NCBI GenBank assembly: GCA_039096225.1
Contig: JBBPEB010000014.1
Coordinates: 1,054,001-1,118,000, forward strand
Length of the DNA: 64,000 bases
Direction: 5' to 3'
Origin: Blastocystis sp. Blastoise
Taxonomy: Eukaryota; Protista; Bigyra: Opalinata
The notes under the pieces were generated by a model. The model did no database searches and was not told the DNA's origin. It was given only the letters and a program-made list of their open reading frames with translations. How positions within the stretch are numbered: the first letter of the stretch is position 1; each line of letters begins with the position of its first letter. This document shows positions 62,141 through 64,000 of this stretch, one piece after another. The translations under genes were made by a program, and so were the position numbers.

Positions 62141-63117
62141 TTTAATAACAAAAAAAAAATGAAGATGAAACAAAGAAGAACAAAATTCCATACAGGAAAT
62201 TTGTGTGACACACTCTCCTTTCAACAAGTAATGAACCAATTATATTTATTTATATTCTCCATAAGATAAAAAAATGACTATAAAAAAACCACGAATATCG
62301 AATATCGCATTTTTTGTTTTCTTTTAGAAAATATATGAAATGGCATCCTAAAACTATATTCCATCATTTCGTCAGTGAATAAAAATACTATATATCAATA
62401 GAGGAAATACATTATAGTGGTTTAAAAGCAATCGCATTGACATCTTACGTCGTTTGACCTCAAATTTGTTGGTAATACTCGAAATATCGACAAGTCTCAT
62501 AAATCCTAATTGCTTTGCTGCTATCTATTGACTTAAGATTCACTTCATGGAATTATTGAGGCCTGATAAAAATTCTTTCTTTACATTCTTAAATCGAGTT
62601 TCGATAAAAACAAAAGGGAGATACTCAGATATATGTATACGATTGATTATCTATATTTCTAACAAGAATAGTTAATAGTGTGACCTTTGATTCAATTTTG
62701 TTACCCAAATTGACTTTTTTATGTATATAAATGCTGTAAAAAACAGGGATTATTAAAAGCACCACATATTAAGCCGTTATAAATAGCAAAAAAATAAAAA
62801 ATGATCTCGTTTTTATTTTTTGTTCATTTGATATACGCTGTATAAATAGTTCGTGAGAAATAATTCATTTTTCGGATATTAACTTTTGAATATAACGTAA
62901 CAGATCTTCTCATTTTAATAAATGAATAAATCAGCCATATTCAGCTTATAGCTGACTCTACAATTTGAATCATTTAAGTTGCTATCATACTCATGATTAT
63001 TTTCGCTTGTTATTAAAAAAATACTTTATTGTCTGGTTGGTTATATTCATTCAATAATTTTCTAATTTAATAGTATTGAAAACTATTGTTAAACATAGAA
63101 ATTCACCGAGTAATCAA

Positions 63118-64000
63118 ATGTCTGAAGAACAAATTAAACAATTACAAAAAACCATTTTTGATGCTTTAGATGGTTCAACAAGTATTTTTATTTTATACAA
63201 ATTAATACGAAACTGATATAGATACTCAGAATGAGTCATTGATGTGGCTACAACAATTTCAGTCGTCACCTGATACATGGGAGTTATGTATGCAATGCTT
63301 GGAAGTGACAGATCCATCATTGCTTAAAGTTGTCTTTGGTCTTTTAAAGATGTTTCAACAAAAAATCAAAACTCAATGGTTCAGTGCTGTATGTTATTTT
63401 ATTTATTTCGGTTTATAGATCATTGTATAGTCTACTCAAGTGAAGGAAAAACTTTTTCAATATTGTATGAATATCCTATGTTTGGTTGGAGAACGAAAAC
63501 TTGATTGTCCTTCTCTTCTTCTTGATGGATACAAAAGTATTGTTTCATATATGCTTATTCAAGTTTCAGACGATGAATATAAATCGTATTTTGGTATGTT
63601 TTAAAATACAAATATAATTAATATTTCCCCACCATTTTGATTATAATTTTATTATTATAATTCTAGATTTATTTTCTAATCTTTTGAATTCTGAATATGG
63701 AGTCAACATATATATTTCAATATATTCTTTATTCCCTATAAATTCAATGACCTTATTTGAAGATGGAAGTGATTGTATATATTATATTTAATAAAAAAAA
63801 AATATATATATATGTTATAATTATTATATATAGCAAGACTTCAAGGTGTGACGAATCGATTATTGCAGATGAAAGGTGTCTTATTAGATTTCTTACATTC
63901 TTTATGTACACAAATTAATATGAATAATCCAGGAAGCCGAGATCTCATTTTAGCCTTATTTGATTGTATTAATAATTGGGTCCATGACTCTAAATTTGAA
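63118..64000 (+). CDS. Karyopherin-beta family protein (importin-beta N-terminal domain; transportin-3/importin-13/exportin-like), partial
   Basis: MSEEQIKQLQKTIFDAL...NESLMWLQQFQSSPDTWELCMQCL...LKMFQQKIKTQWFSA|STQVKEKLFQY. Continues past the window end. Confidence 0.72.

Noticed and set aside
62360-62760. Possible small spliced minus-strand gene (IINRIHISEYLPF…|IAAKQLGFMRL…)
   Set aside because: Two exons join in phase but no start codon or homology could be established.

Overview
Very AT-rich (visually ~80% A+T), gene-dense, intron-rich eukaryotic DNA. Several cues point by inference to a Blastocystis-like gut stramenopile: a PSTALRE CDK, a BTB-TLDc protein, a large Cys/Thr-rich surface protein, a GH20 hexosaminidase and a TGTTTGTT 3' motif. 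Most ORFs in the supplied track are exon fragments or low-complexity antisense shadows. By hand-splicing I reconstruct about 17 protein genes (surface protein, Misato, CDK, a large Asn-rich protein, eIF3e, RRP41, RRP46, BTB-TLDc, LIM+villin headpiece, amino-acid transporter, SMYD, tetraspanin, coiled-coil/RWD-like, a 58-aa CaaX protein, a CUE-like protein, GH20 hexosaminidase, karyopherin-beta) and two identical tRNA-Ala(AGC) genes. Main observations: (1) a 13.2-kb Mutator-like DNA transposon (perfect 51-bp TIRs, 10-bp TSD) with intact ends but a CpG-depleted interior full of stops reachable by C>T/G>A changes, plus a satellite and a ~630-bp palindrome; (2) many introns bounded by self-complementary (TA)n tracts instead of a polypyrimidine tract; (3) a set of introns with non-canonical ends (AT-AG, GT-AA, AT-AA, CT-AG) whose aberrant base always matches the partner exon, meaning either an unusual splicing/conversion system or an RNA-polishing assembly artefact; (4) one independent AT-AC, U12-like intron.
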